DNA of 63,007 nucleotides, filler included, from Choristocarpus tenellus KU-1152 (GCA_964200185.2; 11 parts of 11 records of this genome joined end to end with filler, not necessarily neighbours in it); one strand, 5' to 3'; counted from the whole stretch's first letter, positions 12,211 through 26,424 are shown. Translations and numbers: made by a program. The notes: a model not told the origin generated them from the sequence alone.

Positions 12211-13817
12211 TGGGCAAGCTGTTGGCGCAAGCAGATTGTTGGCAAAAGCCTGGTTACTAAGTTCAAAGGCATCCATTTTGTCAGATTCGGGTACTTTGGG
12301 CTACGGATTTGCATCCCATTTGCTACATCCCATATGCTCTTCTATTGTTTTTCTGCTCTTAAAAAAAAAAGAAGTTAGTTCAACACTCGACAAAAACGAA
12401 GTTAGTTCAACCCATATTTCTACTGCTTCCATATTGCACATACCCCTGACTAACAACCCATCACCACACCCACGTTAAGCAGCAACGTTTTGGTAACCTC
12501 CACCACACCCTAACCCTAACCCGAATCTGACATTTCCCTTCGAAAGAGGACTCACACACGCTCAACTGAAATACTCGTAAAACCCCAAAAATATGGAGCT
12601 ACCCCTGCCCAGCTCCATATTTTCTTGCACTTTACTGCACAAAAAAACTCATCTGACATATTTGAAGGCACTACTCTCGGGTTTAATTTTTCTCGTCAGG
12701 TTTCCCTTCTAGAACGAGGCAGTAGCACAGGAAACCATAACCCTAAACCTCGGTGAGTGTACAATGTTCGGCCACCAGGGCCACCCTAGAGTTTGAGCGA
12801 GGGTTACAGAGCAGTCGTGCGTATACTGCATTCATTATACCTTATCTTTTTTTGCCTCTATATACTCTGAACCTTTACTTTGATTTGCCTATGGGAAACA
12901 AGCCGTACAAGCGCTTGTTTCTTCCTCACCCTCCCAGAAGTTGGAGGCATCCTTGGACTCGTACCATCTTGGCCAAGCTCTCGGTTTCTTCATCAGGGAT
13001 GATGAATCCCTGACGGTTGATTCCAGTTGTGGCAAGAGTAGTGGGGCAGGGCATGTGAAGCAATCAAGAATAGACTCTTTACTCTTGGAAGTCTATGATG
13101 TTTTCATTTCTCCTTCTCCATATCGTTATTTTTTCACCTGCATGGTTGTTTCAAGTACAGCCATGTGCCAAATCAATGAGGACTCTTGTGGTCACTCCAA
13201 AAGGCGTACCTGTTTTTGTCTTGATACCTACTTCAATGCGTACCTGTTTTTGCCTATGTTATCTACTGCTTACATGCACTCAGTACTTGGACTAAACACA
13301 TGCATTTTCCCCGCCTAAGATTATGTGTGAGCAGGCTTTTGATGAAGTTTTGAACATGCTATTATACTCTGTAACTCTTTGATTTGACATCGATGGGAAA
13401 ACTGTTCAGTGAATGATGTGAAGCAGCCAACAAAGCTCCAAGCTTAGGGTTAGGGTTAGGGATAACACTGCTGGAAAAAGAGAAGCAACCAACAGTCAAT
13501 GGTGAGAACTCAATCACACAAAAAGTGCATTAAATCTCTTCCGCATTGACATTGAAGGGAACAAAGCTTTTGTGGGAAGCAAGTTGTGCCTGTTGGTGGT
13601 CATTTCCCCCCAAAATGACAATTTGTTAACACTTGAAAACAAGCGACCCACAAGGAACCCTCTGATGACAAAAAACCCCCCCGTTGAACCCTAACCCTAA
13701 CCCTAACCCATGTATGTACTATATAGCAAATGCTTAATGTACAATGTAGCACATAAGAATACAAACACATAAAAAATGCCCAGCACTCTTGAGTTCGACC
13801 GATGGTAGATGCCTCAC

Positions 13818-15030
13818 CCGTATCTGGCTCTTTGAATCATCAATGCTCTGGCCATGACTGCAAGGCTCATCGACTGCCCCTCTGATCTCCCGTCTTGCTC
13901 ACCACGCTCATCACAATCAATGTCTACATCATCCAGCGACTCCACCCTTGGCAAACAAGCACATAGTACAGGCCGATAGGCTCGCAAGAGGGAGGTGGGA
14001 CAGCCTGCAAGGCGGAGATCACGCAGGCACGCAGATGGACGAAGGCAACATATCACCCTTGGGAGGCTCACAATCCCACTGTGAGAGATGGTGGGGATGG
14101 GGGGATGGGGGTGGAGGGGTTAGGGCGGAGCGGTGGGGTATGAGGAGGAAGGCGGTTGGATTGTAAAACACAGGCTGGTAGATGAAAGAGCGGATTGATA
14201 TGTTGTGCAGCCTACTTTAATTTCTTGAGGACAAAGTCACTTTTTATTTTCAATATTTCATGTGTCGTTTGGCAACTGCCCTGGAATGTTTGAGAGTACA
14301 ACTCTTGTATAAATCAACGGACCAGGAATGTCAACGAGCACCTAGGGTATGTAGGAAAGGCTCAAAAATCTAGGAGGGGGGGGGTTGGGGGTCTGCACCA
14401 GGGTGTCCATTCTGGCCCTGACCAGGAGAAGTGAACTTACAATATCCATCTGACGCATGCAACCAAATAAAACAAAAATCACGAGACGGAAAAATTCCCC
14501 CAAATGGACAGCTGACACCCTCCCCCCCAGATACTTTGAGCCAAAGTGACAAGGCCAGGTGTATCTTTGACTGTGATAGTGGTATAAGGGCATTTCTGTG
14601 TTGTGATTGTGGTGAGGCAAATTCTTAGGTGATTTTGAGAGGCTCACATGAAGTGTCAGAATGGATGGATTTTTGAACAGACAAGATTGTCTGAGGTCCT
14701 ATCCTTCTCAGCAATCAGCATTGAAATCTCATTAAGTAATAACAAATTGGCCACATGCATGTCACCCATTAGCATTCAAATACTAGTACTTAAGAGTAAC
14801 CCAGAGTATTCCTGATTCTCGATACTTACTGTGAACATTCACAATGAGGACAAATGCAGGATAGTAATGCCTGTAGCTGAACATACCCACCTGAAGCCAA
14901 GGTCAAGGGAGGCAAGATCAGGGCAAGCAGCTGCTATTTGTTCAAGGTCATCGTCTCCCACACTGTTGTATGCCAATCCAAGGTGCTTGAGGTTGGGTAA
15001 AGCCCTAGGATCCAAGTGTACAGAGGTAAT
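13818..15030 (-). CDS. Leucine-rich-repeat protein with LRR cap, LRRC43-like, internal exons
   Basis: Exons 15030-14891 and 14078-13818 join in phase 2: LPNLKHLGLAYNSV...CPDLASLDLGFSGIVSL...LRDLRLAGCPTSLLRAYRPVLCACLPRVESLDDVDI. LxxLxLxxN repeats plus YRxxxxxxLPxxxxLD cap. Likeness to LRRC43 is from recall, not from a search. Confidence 0.75.
14359..14542. mobile_element. MITE family A, intronic
   Basis: TIR ggctcaaa...tttgagcc; flanking direct repeat aaa/aaa. Confidence 0.92.
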
Positions 15031-15201
15031 CTGAGGGGATTGGCCAAGCGATAGCAATGTTATACAAGCAAGGAAGAGATGGTCGGATTTCCTCCTCTTA
15101 TCTCTGTCCGCCTATAGTAACTGCTCATCCAAAGCACAGCAAACTGAAATGTCCTTGAATAACTATATTCCCTTCAATGTAACTCCTTCGAGCTCAATTC
15201 A

Positions 15202-15243
15202 GACCCAAAGTATCTGGGAGGGGCGGGGGGTCTACACCAGGGT
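15202..15243. mobile_element. MITE family A left end at contig break (a right end also occurs at 15344-15367)
   Basis: gacccaaagtatctggg...ggtctacaccagggt. Confidence 0.85.
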
Positions 15244-16325
15244 NNNNNNNNNNNNNNNNNNNNNNNNNNNNNNNNNNNNNNNNNNNNTTAATTAATTAAN
15301 NNNNNNNNNNNNNNNNNNNNNNNNNNNNNNNNNNNNNNNNNNNCCCCTCCCCCGGATACTTTGGGTCATACTGGTGATGATAAACTGACTGATATTCACA
15401 CTACTTGGTAGTATGTATATCTCCCTGTAAAGATCAAAAGATGACAAAACTAAGCTCTACATTTTGTCCTTTTCTTTTCTATTAACCACTCTCGTGCCAA
15501 CGTTTTCCTAATTTCCTGCACATAACAGCAAAAGACAGATACGATATTCTTCTTCCGTGTATGCATACCAATTATCTCCAATTTGTTCTGCCTCTCTGTC
15601 CCCTCCACGACATCCATTTTTACTTCAATAGATGGTGCCTTCACAGGACCATCATCTCCTTGCTAGAGGACTACAGTTGAATAGAAATATCTCCAAATTA
15701 CAATTCGTATCAATTTCTTCGAAGGCGAGTCATGCCTTAAATTACATTTGAATGCAGTACTACCAAAAAATGAACAAAAAAAAATGAGGGGGTGGGGAAG
15801 CAATACTACAGCATAGACACATCCTACTGACTGGGAAGCAACTAACAGACTATTCCATTGTTGTTGTGAATATTGCTATTCGTACAATGTCTCCACATTA
15901 ACCACCACAATCTATCATTGATACTACTTTTTCAATCTCAACATGAATCGATCAATTATCCTTCCACCACATCAAAAATTCTACTTTGATCATACAACTC
16001 GGGGAGCGGCGTGCATTTTATTTCTACATACAAGATATACACTGAGTGAAACTCTTCCTGTATTCCTATCTCCACCATGAACACCCACTATACTACAATC
16101 ATTGATCAGCATACCTCCACCACAAGAGCTACGGATATCAGGTTCACCCAGCTGAGTCAACACAGCAAAGACTTACATCAACAGACAGAGTGGCAGTGCG
16201 CAGTAGATAAACAGGCACAAGCAAATATCCACTGCACTGCTCACAATAATACCAATATTGTACACAAAAGAGGAAGCACAAGCCGTCTGGTCACCCCCCC
16301 CCTCTCCTGAAAACCAACCTTGCCA

Positions 16326-19300
16326 TCAAAAGGTCATGTTGGCCTCAAGGGTTTCCAGTATGTGCCGTGATGATGGGCGGCAGAAGGGGTCAAGCGCCCA
16401 TGCATCATGTACTAGGGCCACGAGATAATCCGGCGCCCAGGGGGACAGCTCTGGTCTCTGCCCATCACGCAAAATGAGTTCCAGCAACTCAGACCTGGGG
16501 GGTATGCCATATGGAGTAAAGAAGTGGCAGACTTACAATGAGTACAACTGCTCATCCTCTGTGTGGTCATAGATCAGCTTATTGGAATGAACGGGGTGTG
16601 TGATTGGTCAGCAAGGAACCAGCAGTCCTACTCTGAAGTTAGTTGAGTTCAAATGTGGGTCTGGGGTCATAGGACAAGGTACATTCAATAGGGAGCATGC
16701 CGGAAAAGGTTATGAGTCAGGGGCAGGGTCAAACCTATTATTGTCTTCACTCCCATGCTGATTGGGTATTGTGGGGGTCGAGGAAGGAGGGGAGTAATCT
16801 ACTAGGCAACAACACTCTCAAAATCTTAGGAGGAAAAGGGTAAGTGGTTTGTGCTTGTTTTCTGACCCCAAAATTAAGTTTTGCTGCTCTCACTTGAGTT
16901 GATTCAGTATCATAATGTAATAGTTGCCGAACACAGAAGAGAGGAATTCCAGTGCCTAACGAACTTACTGATGTGCCCATGCAAAGGCGGTGCCCAAGGA
17001 GAACAGTGCAATATTAACAAAAGTCACCAAACACCACCTGGGGACCTGTGCTACAACTGCTGCCCTTCCGCTCTATGGTACCACACACTACTACTATAGT
17101 TCATACTCCAGAGCACAATATTGTACTTCATGCGACAAAGTACAACCCCCCACGTCAGCTTAAGCACAGTTGGGGGTTTCGAAACAGCGCAGTCAATGTC
17201 GTATTTATGCGTGTGCAGCAAACATACAACACAGCAAGATAGCAAAGAACTTCATAGTATTCACTACAGCATTAAAACTGCCGTGCCAAGACACATAGAC
17301 CTGTTAAGTTAATCGACGCTCAATGTGAAGTTCTCCTCTTCAATAATATGATCTACATTAGTAGGTGTTACCTAGACAGACGCTGAGAAAGCAAGCAGGT
17401 TACTGAAGGTCAGGTTGTTCTACCTTCATCATTTTGTCATATTCTGCATGCTCGCTACAGCCTAGTTACTTCAACCCAATACTGCATTGAAATATTATAT
17501 GTGAATAGTATTGAACCAAAACTCTTGACACACTTCACTGGTTTGTATACTCAGGTCGTTGAACCCAATTACCTCAAAACTCAAAAATTCCTCAAGAAAT
17601 TCTAAATTCATAATCATTGACTAAGAAAATCCTATTGCACCTGCGACCACTGCCTCTTGTCAACATATAATATCGAAAGGCCGATCGTACACTGCTACAA
17701 GCCCAGCTCTGGCACTGAATCCATCAACTAGATGTTCCATTTCCTTGAAAGTACAAATTGTAAGACATTAGCTGGATTGTCATCTGGCCAGTTATCACCC
17801 AACTCATCCCCAACTGTATCTCCCACCACGCTGCCAACAAACAATGTCATTGTTGTTGACCAAGTAATCTTCAACCCAAATCTCATCCGCCCTGAAGATC
17901 TTGGACTGTCAGATGGTCCCAGGACGTAAGTAACTAAGCGAGACGGCATCCTGAGCCTAGCCCTGGCCTCACTCCCCTGGTGTTGAGTTGATACCGCAGG
18001 GTCTTCACAAATCCCCTCAATCAGTATGAAAGATCCAGCATCTCCTCCAACAATCGGTTGAGGGATCTATGGTACTCCACCAAAATTAACATGAAGAGGT
18101 TGATCCCACATACGGTTCCAGGTTACATTCCTTCTTGTCAAAAATATCCACCTTGTTGAGACGACCTGCTCTCCCCACTCATTCTCCCATTGCAACTGTT
18201 GTCACCTGTTCCTCTTGGGTCTCACTTGGTAGTAGAAAACTGTAAAGACGTTCTTTGTTGCTCCCCCTCGACCTGCTTACAATACGGACACAGTGAAGAG
18301 CGTCCAACACACCAGTTGCCACACGTGTTCTCTCTCCCTCTGAAGTCTCAGTTCCCAATTCGGAGACAATCCGTTACTAGCAGGGGTTCCTTCCATCCTC
18401 CTGTTGACACGTGGGTCATAAACTCCATCTCCCATCTGGAGAAGGCACCTTTATGTTCCTCAGTGATGCCTTCAATCCTGGCAGTAATCCTACCAGTTTC
18501 TCATTTTTTTTTCTTGATGGTCCATCCTATCCAACATCACCATGCCCCCTTCTTCTCACCATACTCTCCCTGTGCATTAGCGGTTCTGGTCAGGCCCTTT
18601 AGAGGCAACCTAATCGACAGGAACAGCTCTTGTACAAAATTTCTCCTCTGCCATCTTGACTTGCTCAGTCCCTGGCTGGAACATACTACTAACTTGGCAC
18701 TGAACTTAAAATGCTACTCACCATGTTAAGTGGGTCGATGCCCAAGGCAAAGTATTCCTTTTCAATGATCTGTACTTATTAATAGTAGTTGTATTAGTGC
18801 TTGTTACCTACACACATGCCGAGGAAGTGAGCGGGTTGCCAATGGCAAGCGGGACTACTCTAGCCTCATGGCAAAGTCCACCGTTTTCTATTCCACATAT
18901 TTTTTGTTAAAACCCACCAGTCCCATACCAGACATGGAAAAATAACACTATGTATTGGAATAGTATTCAAGATTAATCTCGACACTGACCCTCTCAATCG
19001 CAAAGACTCGACTCACCTCATACAATTACCAGGGTTGCAGTCCTCTTGAAAGGGAACAGTTCCATTAATGACTTCCGCCATAACCATGCCGAGGCTGTAC
19101 ACATCAGATTTCATAAAGTCCACCACTTCCTGATGAGGTTTGGGAAGGGAGAAAAATTTGTTTACGATCAAGAGGAAGGGGTTGTGTAATAGGGAGTAAC
19201 AGCTCTACCACCACTTGGATAGGGTGGAAGGAGGTCACTGTTGGTTATTCCTTCTGCTGTGGGCATGCTGTAGACACCCAGCAGTCAGGCCGGCAATCAG

Positions 19301-20217
19301 AGCAACAACAACAAACAAGCATATCTTCTGAACCACCTCAGTACACGATTTAATACTATGCAAAGGCCGGAAGATCCTCAACTTTTCCCAGTGAAACCTA
19401 AGGCACAGAGGAAAACCCCAATCTTAATCATAATGCCGATCAATACTGTTGGGGCAAAAGGGGTGAGGGGAATAGTTGAGGTCGAAAAATAGGGAAGGAT
19501 CTCCCTCTCCCTCTTTTCCAGTTGTCCTTCCTTCTCCAGACACCATGTACTACAAGGGCACAGTGGAGGGTGAGTGTATCCCAAAGCAGGAGAGCAGTAG
19601 TCTTTACTAACAATATAGTAATACAAAAATCACACTGCTATTAGTTTAACTCAACAGACTTTTGATATTGCGAGGGTTTTTCTTCAAATGTCTTCCCCAT
19701 AACAAAAAAAAAAAAAAATGGTTTCGAACTCGTGTGTGTGTTTGTGCGTCCTTCAAAAAGGCATGTGCACATAATGCCCATGCTGTATGTGTTCCTCCCA
19801 TATATACAACAAATACTACACAGGTGATTCTAACAAGAAAAACTGCATACACGATGCATGCGTACATCGCACTCTTACACCACCTTCCATGCTGAGAATG
19901 ATTTGGCCATGTACACCAACCCACACCTAATCTTGAGTAGGCCATGTAGGAATGATAGTGTCTGGAGCATATTATGTGTGGTTGTGTAAGAGAGAGAGAG
20001 AGAGAGAATGTGTGGGGGATGGAAGCTTGAGAAAAAACTATCAGACCACTGTATCCTCGCACCAACCTGGACCCTTCACCTTGTTCTCCAAGAGCTCTGG
20101 GGAACTCCAGGGCAGACTCACAGGGTGCGCCTCATCCCCAGAGGATGAAGACGAGGAGGGCAGGAAAGAGGAGTAAGGACACGAGTGAGCCAGATCGCCA
20201 AGCTTCACGGTCAAATC
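16326..20217 (-). CDS. Protein kinase (TKL-like), subdomains VII-XI, last three exons
   Basis: Exons 20217-20080 (DLTVKLGDLAH...PVSLPWSSPELLENK), 19129-19017 (EVVDFMKSDVYSLGMVMAEVINGTVPF) and 16494-16326 (GQRPELSPWAPDYLVALVHDAWALDPFCRPSSRHILETLEANMTF*). Splice phases 0 and 2 are consistent. Not in the ORF track. Confidence 0.88.
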
Positions 20218-21564
20218 CTGGCAACCCCCCGAAAATTGTGGTGGGAAAGTCAGTCGCGCACATTCATCTACTGCTCTTCCAGTTCAAACTCAACCACAAC
20301 CTCTCTCCATGTGAATGATCCCTTCCTTCAAGTTGCAACGCACAAACAGCAGGCAATATGGTTCTCTTTCAAGTGGGAGACGTGGGCTAGGTGCGGGCGT
20401 AGCAGCAGGATGATCTTCACAAATTTCAGTGTGCGTAGTAGAGTATCCTCGCATTTTCACATATTTGTCTTTGTAGTAGATATCTTGAGGCACAATGGTA
20501 GCAGTGTGCGAACTACTGCATTTTCACATCTTTGGGCGGTTTCGTTGTAGGAAGACTAAAAGGGGGCAATACAAGGCCAAGAGACTAATGAAATTCTTGG
20601 TCCTTAAAACTGTGAAGTGCTACGGAACAAATATCTGAAGAGCATTCACAATAAGGAGCCCAGAGATAGGAAGGAGCCCCAAATACCCTTATATCACCAG
20701 TCTTCATTTTTCGACCTATGCAACTAATACTCCGTGGCTTTAAAAGCTCTCCAAGAGAGTAGTTGACACAACCCATTCCAAGAAAAAAGAGTCCTGGATA
20801 TGTCTTAGCAGACCAAAAGCATGCAAATACGCCCATGTCAACGCCCCTCACCAAATAAACCCAGTGACGAAAAGTTAAAGGACGAAGGGTGTCACATTGT
20901 GAGTTCGAATCCCAGCTGGAGTGCTTTCCTTACTCCATACAGCAGGAGTATAAAAATAGAGTGAGACTAGGGTCTAGGAACAGGCGTAAGGAGAAACACA
21001 AAGAATGAGGTGACTGCTCAGGGAGAGTACACGATAGTGGAGTGAAGATGCACGGATCATGCCAGGTTAGTTCCCTAGCCTCTGATTTTTTCAAACATTG
21101 AGATACTACCTTTGCAAGGGGGAAGATAGTCCGGCAACTATCTACCCCAGTGGAATTGTGTTAACTCAATATCTGACAGAGGGAAAAGTGTCCACCCTAA
21201 GCAGCACAAGACGAAATGAACAGCGTACAAAAGGAACAACTAAGTAGTTACAAGTATCAAAGTGCGACAGTATAATTCATCATAGGCGTGAGTAGGAAAA
21301 GGGGTCAGGAAGGTGAGTGCATCCTTACGCTGCCACCCCACAATCACAGCAAATTTTAGTACAAAAAATATGCATATCAGAGTTACGGAGAAACTAGTAA
21401 GAAATCGCACACACACCCTAACACACCAAAACCTACCCCCCCCCCCCCAACCTCNNNNNNNNNNNNNNNNNNNNNNNNNNNNNNNNNNNNNNNNNNNNTT
21501 AATTAATTAANNNNNNNNNNNNNNNNNNNNNNNNNNNNNNNNNNNNNNNNNNNNCTCGATCGGG

Positions 21565-21720
21565 GTGTGGTTCGATGGGAAAATTAAGGTTGCTCAGCGC
21601 TCCAGAAAACACCACCCCAAGGGCACCAAGGTGCTTGCACCAGCCACATTGGACGGGGAGAGATATAAGAAGTTCATGATCAAGGATATCATCCCGGTAG
21701 TCAAGGCCCACATGTGTGTA
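21565..21720 (+). mobile_element. Mariner-like (plant/oomycete DD39D-type) transposase fragment
   Basis: WFDGKI..AQRSRKHHPKGTKV...YKKFMIKDIIPVVKA matches the FDGKIG...AKRSSKNRPxGT...YRxFLIxKVLPAIK block, with an internal deletion. Confidence 0.7.
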
Positions 21721-23229
21721 GAATACGAAAGCATAAGAGATTATGGTCGACATCTTAACAGATATTTATACAGAAGTAATTCTGGGTTGAAATAAACACT
21801 TTCGAGGCGTTTTTCTATATCGATAGGGGTTTTCTGGAGATATTGCAAGCGCCTCTGTTCAGTTATTTTTTCTAGAGACAACAGGTGTTAAACAAAGTCC
21901 CATCATGTGAAAATATATCACTCTTCTCCTTTAAACCATGTGATCACATTCGGCAAAGGGGAACCGTGTGAGGCTCCCATCTCTTCTCTTTTCTTCCATT
22001 CTTACACAAACAGCAGTCTAAAGCTGCACGGGCTATGAGCCTTAATGGTATGGAGAACGACACAAAGAAGTTGCCCATCTGGACCGGAGCACCAGGAAAT
22101 TCAATGGAGACCTGGACAACATGAAGACTATTTGTGCTGGGTTACGCCGGTGGGAATGGTCCATGCATTAAACCGCCCTTCTGGCTTGTGTAAAGTAAAA
22201 GTACTATAGGGGTAGCAGCATTATGTTTAATGTGTTTCCATATATTCGAAAATTATGATATTACTTCACCGTAACCTTAAGAGTATTGTGGATAATGTGA
22301 GTGATTATCACATTATCAAGAAAGAAATTCATACCTTCACCAGACGTGAAGCAGTGAATATTTGTAACTATTGACTTATGACATTTGTTCCCTTTAGCAT
22401 ATAGTAGAGTATGATCATACCATTCCCCTTCCCACCTATCTGAGGCAGTGCATTATCATACCGCCCCCCTTACCTTCTATCTCTGTAAATGTTAAAATAG
22501 AAGGAAAAAATATTTATGCATTTTCGTTAGAATGGTTGTACCTGTAGATTTTTGGATTACACATATTGCCGTTGTTTGATTTAGGGTACGGCAACAACGC
22601 TACGTACCCAGCCACCCACCTACCCACGGCAAAATATTTTTGGAACCGCTTTAATCACATGACTAGTGAGCATGCAAGAAAAATGCAAACAAAGCCCCAT
22701 CAACAAATTAAAAACAAAACTATAATGGATAGCTTACATGACTTGGGTTATTCGTCTCCATCCCACTTCCAAACACAATCCTGCATTTTAGGTTCCTCTC
22801 TGCTTCACAAAGATATTTGCAACTATCACTGGATGCAAAGCAGTGGATATTTCCATCTATTGTCCACCAATCTTGCCGACAAGATTCAGGGGATCGTTGA
22901 ATCAGAACATGATTTGTTTGGTTTTGTGACGTTTTATACATTGATGTGGGAGTTATGAATGAGCAAAACCAATTGAGAGGCAGTAGGTTTGGATCCTATT
23001 GCATTATAATCTGTCTTTCTTGCCCTTTACAATACTCTATTTCGTTGCAATATGTGCACATTGTAAGTATTCAAAATCGATCATTCCCCTTTCCACACAA
23101 AAAGTGACACCACAATTCAGGGAAGACTCTTTCTACAATTGTACAAAATGGCATATTTTTGACCTTTCTCAGATTTCTTTAATGCAACCTGGCCTACCTC
23201 TCAGTTGGTCTGGCTCAATATCTGCTAAG

Positions 23230-24650
23230 GATATCGCCAGCCCTAAGTTGATGGTATGTGATCAGCATAGCAACCATGATTTTCAAAGTCTGAGTGTATG
23301 GGATCACCATATCCTTAGATAAGAGTGAGATTGATGGAATGTGGTCAGCACCAGAGCGAAAGTATCTTAGAGGGTAGGAGATTTGCCCTGTTTGTCCATT
23401 TGGGACTTGGCTTCCCACGGGTGTTTTATTGCATTTTCATATTCCGAAATGTTTCAGAGTAGTAGGTAAAATGTGTATGCTATGAAAAGGTGTGTCTGGA
23501 ACAAGGATATTGACACTTTCTAGCAAACACGCTAGCCGAAATTACATCAAAATTGCAACATTTGATTTTGGCCCCCAAAATGACGCGGCTCTACCCTCTA
23601 AGATACTTTGACTCCCACATCATCAACCTCATTGTCAAGGTCTGAGGGTATGGGGCCAGTACTGCGATCGACTTGAATACGAGTAAAGGGGTATACGAGG
23701 GAAGCACATATTGTCTGTCTCTCGTATCTTCAACAAACAGACCATACTCAGGAATGTGGAAACAAGGATTCAACACTTGACAATGTCGGCAACTTTTAAC
23801 TACTGTTTGTGGTCTGACAACACTTGAATATAACGTAATGATTTTGTTCTGGTGTGTTCAAAAACATAACCACGTGTATGACGTGATCAAAATAAAATAG
23901 CAGACAAGATATCAATAGATAATATTTGCACACTCACATTCTGATGCTATTGTAAATGTTGCTCACGACGCCGACAATATTCGAAGCAGACCCTAAGATA
24001 GACGATGTTGGCGATTCAACTCTCAGTACAATATGGGGCGTGACAGTACGGTCATTCCATAATGTCGGAGGATCATGCCAGTAAAAACAAGGAACGAATA
24101 AGTGCGACATACCTGAAATCTCTACAGATACTTAGTGTTGAACTTTAAACTTTGTTTCAGTCAGGGTTAGTCATTTCATAATGATCCAACAAACACATTT
24201 TACGAGAAAAAACATAATGCGATGAACAACCACCTAAGCACACGCGAGTGCTAATGTGTCCAGTGGTTTGACGATCTCTTCACCACTGCGTGTCTCCGCT
24301 CATGCGAAACAAGGATAATTGGAGATGAACAAAAACACTGTATTAATCATTTATCTAATCATCCACTGACATTTTAGCACAGCCTATTTGCAAAGAGTTA
24401 CAGACTTGGTAAAGCGAGATGTCAAGTCAAGGTTCGTTGTGAACAGGGTTCTGCTACCAGATATCTTTATCTCTTTACGATACGATAGACTATACCCCTC
24501 CATGACAATGTGGCATACAAACGATTTCCTAAAGAGATGGATAACCTATGCAAAGGATAATGGTATGCGGGCAACACGAGATCTTGGTCAAGAAAAACAA
24601 GTCATGAAGAAAGGTTGACAGGGATCTGTACCAGACATCTATCCAGTATT
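23230..24650. repeat. Unclassified degenerate dispersed repeat, homologous to 54300-55430
   Basis: Collinear shared blocks: tctgag(t/a)gtatgggatca, cacgac..caatattc, gatctcttcacca, caagtca...gtgaaca, tagact(a/g)taccc, agatgga(t/c)aacctatg. Confidence 0.75.
23354..23614. mobile_element. MITE family B (~260 bp), reverse orientation
   Basis: TIR gag(c/t)..aaagtatcttagagggta; TSD cca/cca. Confidence 0.92.
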
Positions 24651-25682
24651 CTTTTACTCATATCATAGGTTGTTACACTATTATGACAATGCAAAATATT
24701 CAGGCTACGCAAAGGAGTATGATACCAGTATATACGAATTCTCAAGTCAAGACTTTTTTGGGACAAGAATATTAGTGATTATCCAATCCATGTACTGCAC
24801 GATAGGCTGGAAACAATTAACAGCAAGATACAAGAGAGTCCATAGCCACATAGAAGGAGGGCAATAGATAACATTTGTTGACGAATGACAACCAGAACCA
24901 GTTCTATGTCTGATAATGGTATATCAATAATGTACTGACCAATATCGGATCGAGAGGCTTGATGGTGTACATCCAGCAAGGGTAACTTTTTTTCCAACAA
25001 CAACCTATCCAGTTCAATAACGTTTGGCGTTGGGGGTTGGACTTGTGGAAAATAAAGCTTCATTCTACCCAAATGAACGGGAGATTGACGTTGTTGGTTT
25101 CCATGTAATCGACCCTGTACACGATGGGCGATACCTTAGAATGTATTTAAGACGGGGACCGCTCCAGAGATGGAGTAGCTTTGGATCAGACCATGTGTAT
25201 TCTCATGTGGCCTATGGAATATAACCATATATCATTAGGTACGAAAACGGGAAACATGAGACGTTGGTTGGCACGTTCCTGATCTCAGTTTCTTTACGAA
25301 AGTTCTGGTGTATCAACTCAAATGAAAGCTATAAATTACCTTTGGTTTCCTGAGTAAACTCTGCAGTAGTAACATCTGAATCAGCATTAAACGAAACAAG
25401 GATATTTTCGACAGGTAAGCGAGGTTGTCATACAAATAGAAGGAAAAACCATGTTTTATTGAACTTTACACTGAAGGCTGCGTTGTTTGTTAGTTGTACG
25501 AAAGGCAGTAACGATGCCTAGATATCCTCAGGAACGGAGATGTACATCGCTGTTGGAAAGCTTCGCGTATAAAGCCTAGTCGCCGAGAACCAATGCCGGA
25601 TATATGGGTAGAACACATACTGACAGATTTTTGGGGGGGACTACGCCTGTGTCATTGTACCATATGAAACAGTTACCAATCT

Positions 25683-25858
25683 GACTCAAAGTATCTGGGA
25701 GGAGGGTAGCGGCTGTCCATTTGGGGTCAATTTTTTCATGTCGTGATTTTTGTGTGATTTGGTTGCATACGTCGGATGGGTAATGTAAGTGCACCTTTCC
25801 TGGTTATGCCCCAAATGGACACCCTGGTGTAGACCCCCCCCCCCAGATACTTCGGGTC
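25683..25858. mobile_element. MITE family A
   Basis: gactcaaagtatctggg...cccagatacttcgggtc; no clear TSD. Confidence 0.9.
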
Positions 25859-26424
25859 ATTTGACTCATCATACCATAATATGCAGTACCAATATGTATT
25901 ATACCGAATATAGCATAAACCTACATGAAACTGTCACACTGTGTTGTGTGCTTGAACCAGCATATACAACATATGCATAACATTAGCTGCAGTGACATCC
26001 TCCATTTCCTGAAATGTGTAGAACACAACCTAAAAAAGCAGAAGACAAATGTAATATTTGTTCGTGTTCATCGAAAATAGCACACATGTCGTCCAAAAAC
26101 CTTCATTGATAAATTGTTGGCAACACTTCTGCCCTCTTTTTTGCTCCTGGCCAAGTCCCTCAAGAAATCGTTTCAGACAAATATACTTTTCCTTCGTTCT
26201 AGTGGAGCTAGTGGTAGTGCTTACTACTTTGCATGCACTATCATTGCCCTCAAACATGTCAATACAACACCTGGGGAACCGTGATCGAACAAACTCCAAA
26301 ATACTTCACAATAAAAGCAACTCCTGTGCCACACTGCTAATAGCTATGTACTCACTCCCCGTTGAAGTCAGGGCTACACCTTTTGGTATCTTTGATCACA
26401 TCCAAGGCATTGCCCTCCAGCAAA

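Noticed and set aside
15202-15367. MITE A left end and right end facing each other across a spacer, suggesting contigs 3 and 4 are adjacent
   Set aside because: Flanks (tca / ata) give no matching TSD, and the element is high-copy.
17330-18730. Possible decayed retroelement in the kinase intron, including the 179-aa ORF at 18190
   Set aside because: No recognisable motif, LTR or second copy.
20895-20935. gttcgaatcc B-box suggesting a tRNA or SINE
   Set aside because: No cloverleaf, acceptor stem or A-box could be built.
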